The notes under the pieces were generated by a model that saw only the letters and a list, made by a program, of their open reading frames with translations, was not told the origin of the DNA and ran no database searches. From Moniliella sp. 'wahieum' (lineage: Eukaryota), in the NCBI GenBank assembly GCA_003971905.1, contig RSEE01000045.1:434001-498000 (forward strand): DNA of 64,000 nt, in the 5' to 3' direction. The translations under genes and the position numbers were made by a program. Every line of letters starts with the position of its first letter. Position 1 is the stretch's first letter. Below, piece by piece: positions 63,240-64,000 of this stretch.

Positions 63240-63990
63240 GTGAGCTCACCAGTGCTAGCGACTACTGACTAATGCGTCGTGCTAGTGACGAGCTAGTGAC
63301 GCATGATGTGACGCATGACGTGTGACGCGGAAGGGAGGGCCGTTGAACGTTGACGTTGATGTTGATGTGACATGCATGACATGTGCAGTGAACGTTTGAA
63401 CGCGCCTCTCGCTGCCCCCGTCCGGGATGCGAGGTGCGATGGCAGCCTCCAGCGCGTCAGCGCGTCAGCGCGTCAGCGGCCACGGGCATCGAGGGACTGC
63501 AGCCGCCTGCGCTCGCCACTGCCCCTGCGCCGGCCACGTGAGACGCATTTGTCGGGCACCTTGTCAAATGCACTGGAATATTGACGCTAGACGGTCGGAC
63601 ACCGTCGGACACCGGCCCTGACACTCCGGCAGTGCACCGCTCCCACGCCGCCGCTCGTCCAACCCATTCAGCCAACGCTTGTCCAGCAGTGTTGCGGCCA
63701 AGTGCCATTATGCATGGCGCATTATGTGGTAGCCTGAGCCTGCCTGCGAATTGGCAGGACCGAACGATGAACGTCCTGGACAATACTGAACCTTGGCGTC
63801 TGGGCATGATGCACATGATAAACCGGTAACGTTTGGCGTTCAGCCTAAGCACTCTGCCACTGTCATCCGCCACTCCAGGCCACGCACCTCCGGACCTCTC
63901 AGACTCAGATCTCGCAGACCGCTCTCAATCTCACATCTCACATCTCTCAAAGGTCAGCCTGAGGCCCGAGGGCCTGACCGGCCTGATCTG
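63240..63990. repeat. Cluster of TNA/palindrome micro-arrays upstream of the MFS gene
   Basis: TGA-acgt-TGA-cgt-TGA-tgt-TGA near 63344, TGA-catg-ca-TGA-catg near 63368, (CAGCGCGT)n near 63450-63478, TCA-gatc-tcg and TCA-catc-TCA-catc near 63905-63944. Confidence 0.7.
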
Positions 63991-64000
63991 ACGCGTCCGA

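Overview
A GC-rich fungal genomic window. Short GT..AG introns, intron-containing tRNAs and a DUF6533 gene point to a basidiomycete, probably Ustilaginomycotina-like; that placement is inferred, not proven. About 19 protein-coding genes can be supported: LEA-like, FAH hydrolase, SLT11/RBM22, FSH1 hydrolase, a coiled-coil protein, a 77-aa MGxCxS protein missed by the ORF track, a multi-exon hypothetical, a WLM protease, PTA1/symplekin, GAL1, BolA3, an ER protein ending in HEDL, DUF6533, YDJ1, TRS23, MEF2, a TBC GAP, an RCK2/Srk1-like kinase, an Amt/Mep transporter and a DHA1 MFS transporter. There are four intron-containing tRNA genes: Pro-AGG, Cys-GCA, Ser-GCT and Pro-TGG. Nearly every gene is broken by 1-2 nt indels, most likely unpolished long-read errors, so CDS boundaries are approximate. 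Two diverged dispersed repeats (three and two copies) and a possible decayed LTR-retroelement fragment lie in gene-poor stretches. The most unusual signal is intergenic: dense clusters of 7-bp-period micro-arrays built as [T-N-A][4-bp palindrome], with 12 of the 16 possible palindromic cores seen. This suggests a recurrent site-specific break-and-duplicate process rather than ordinary microsatellites.
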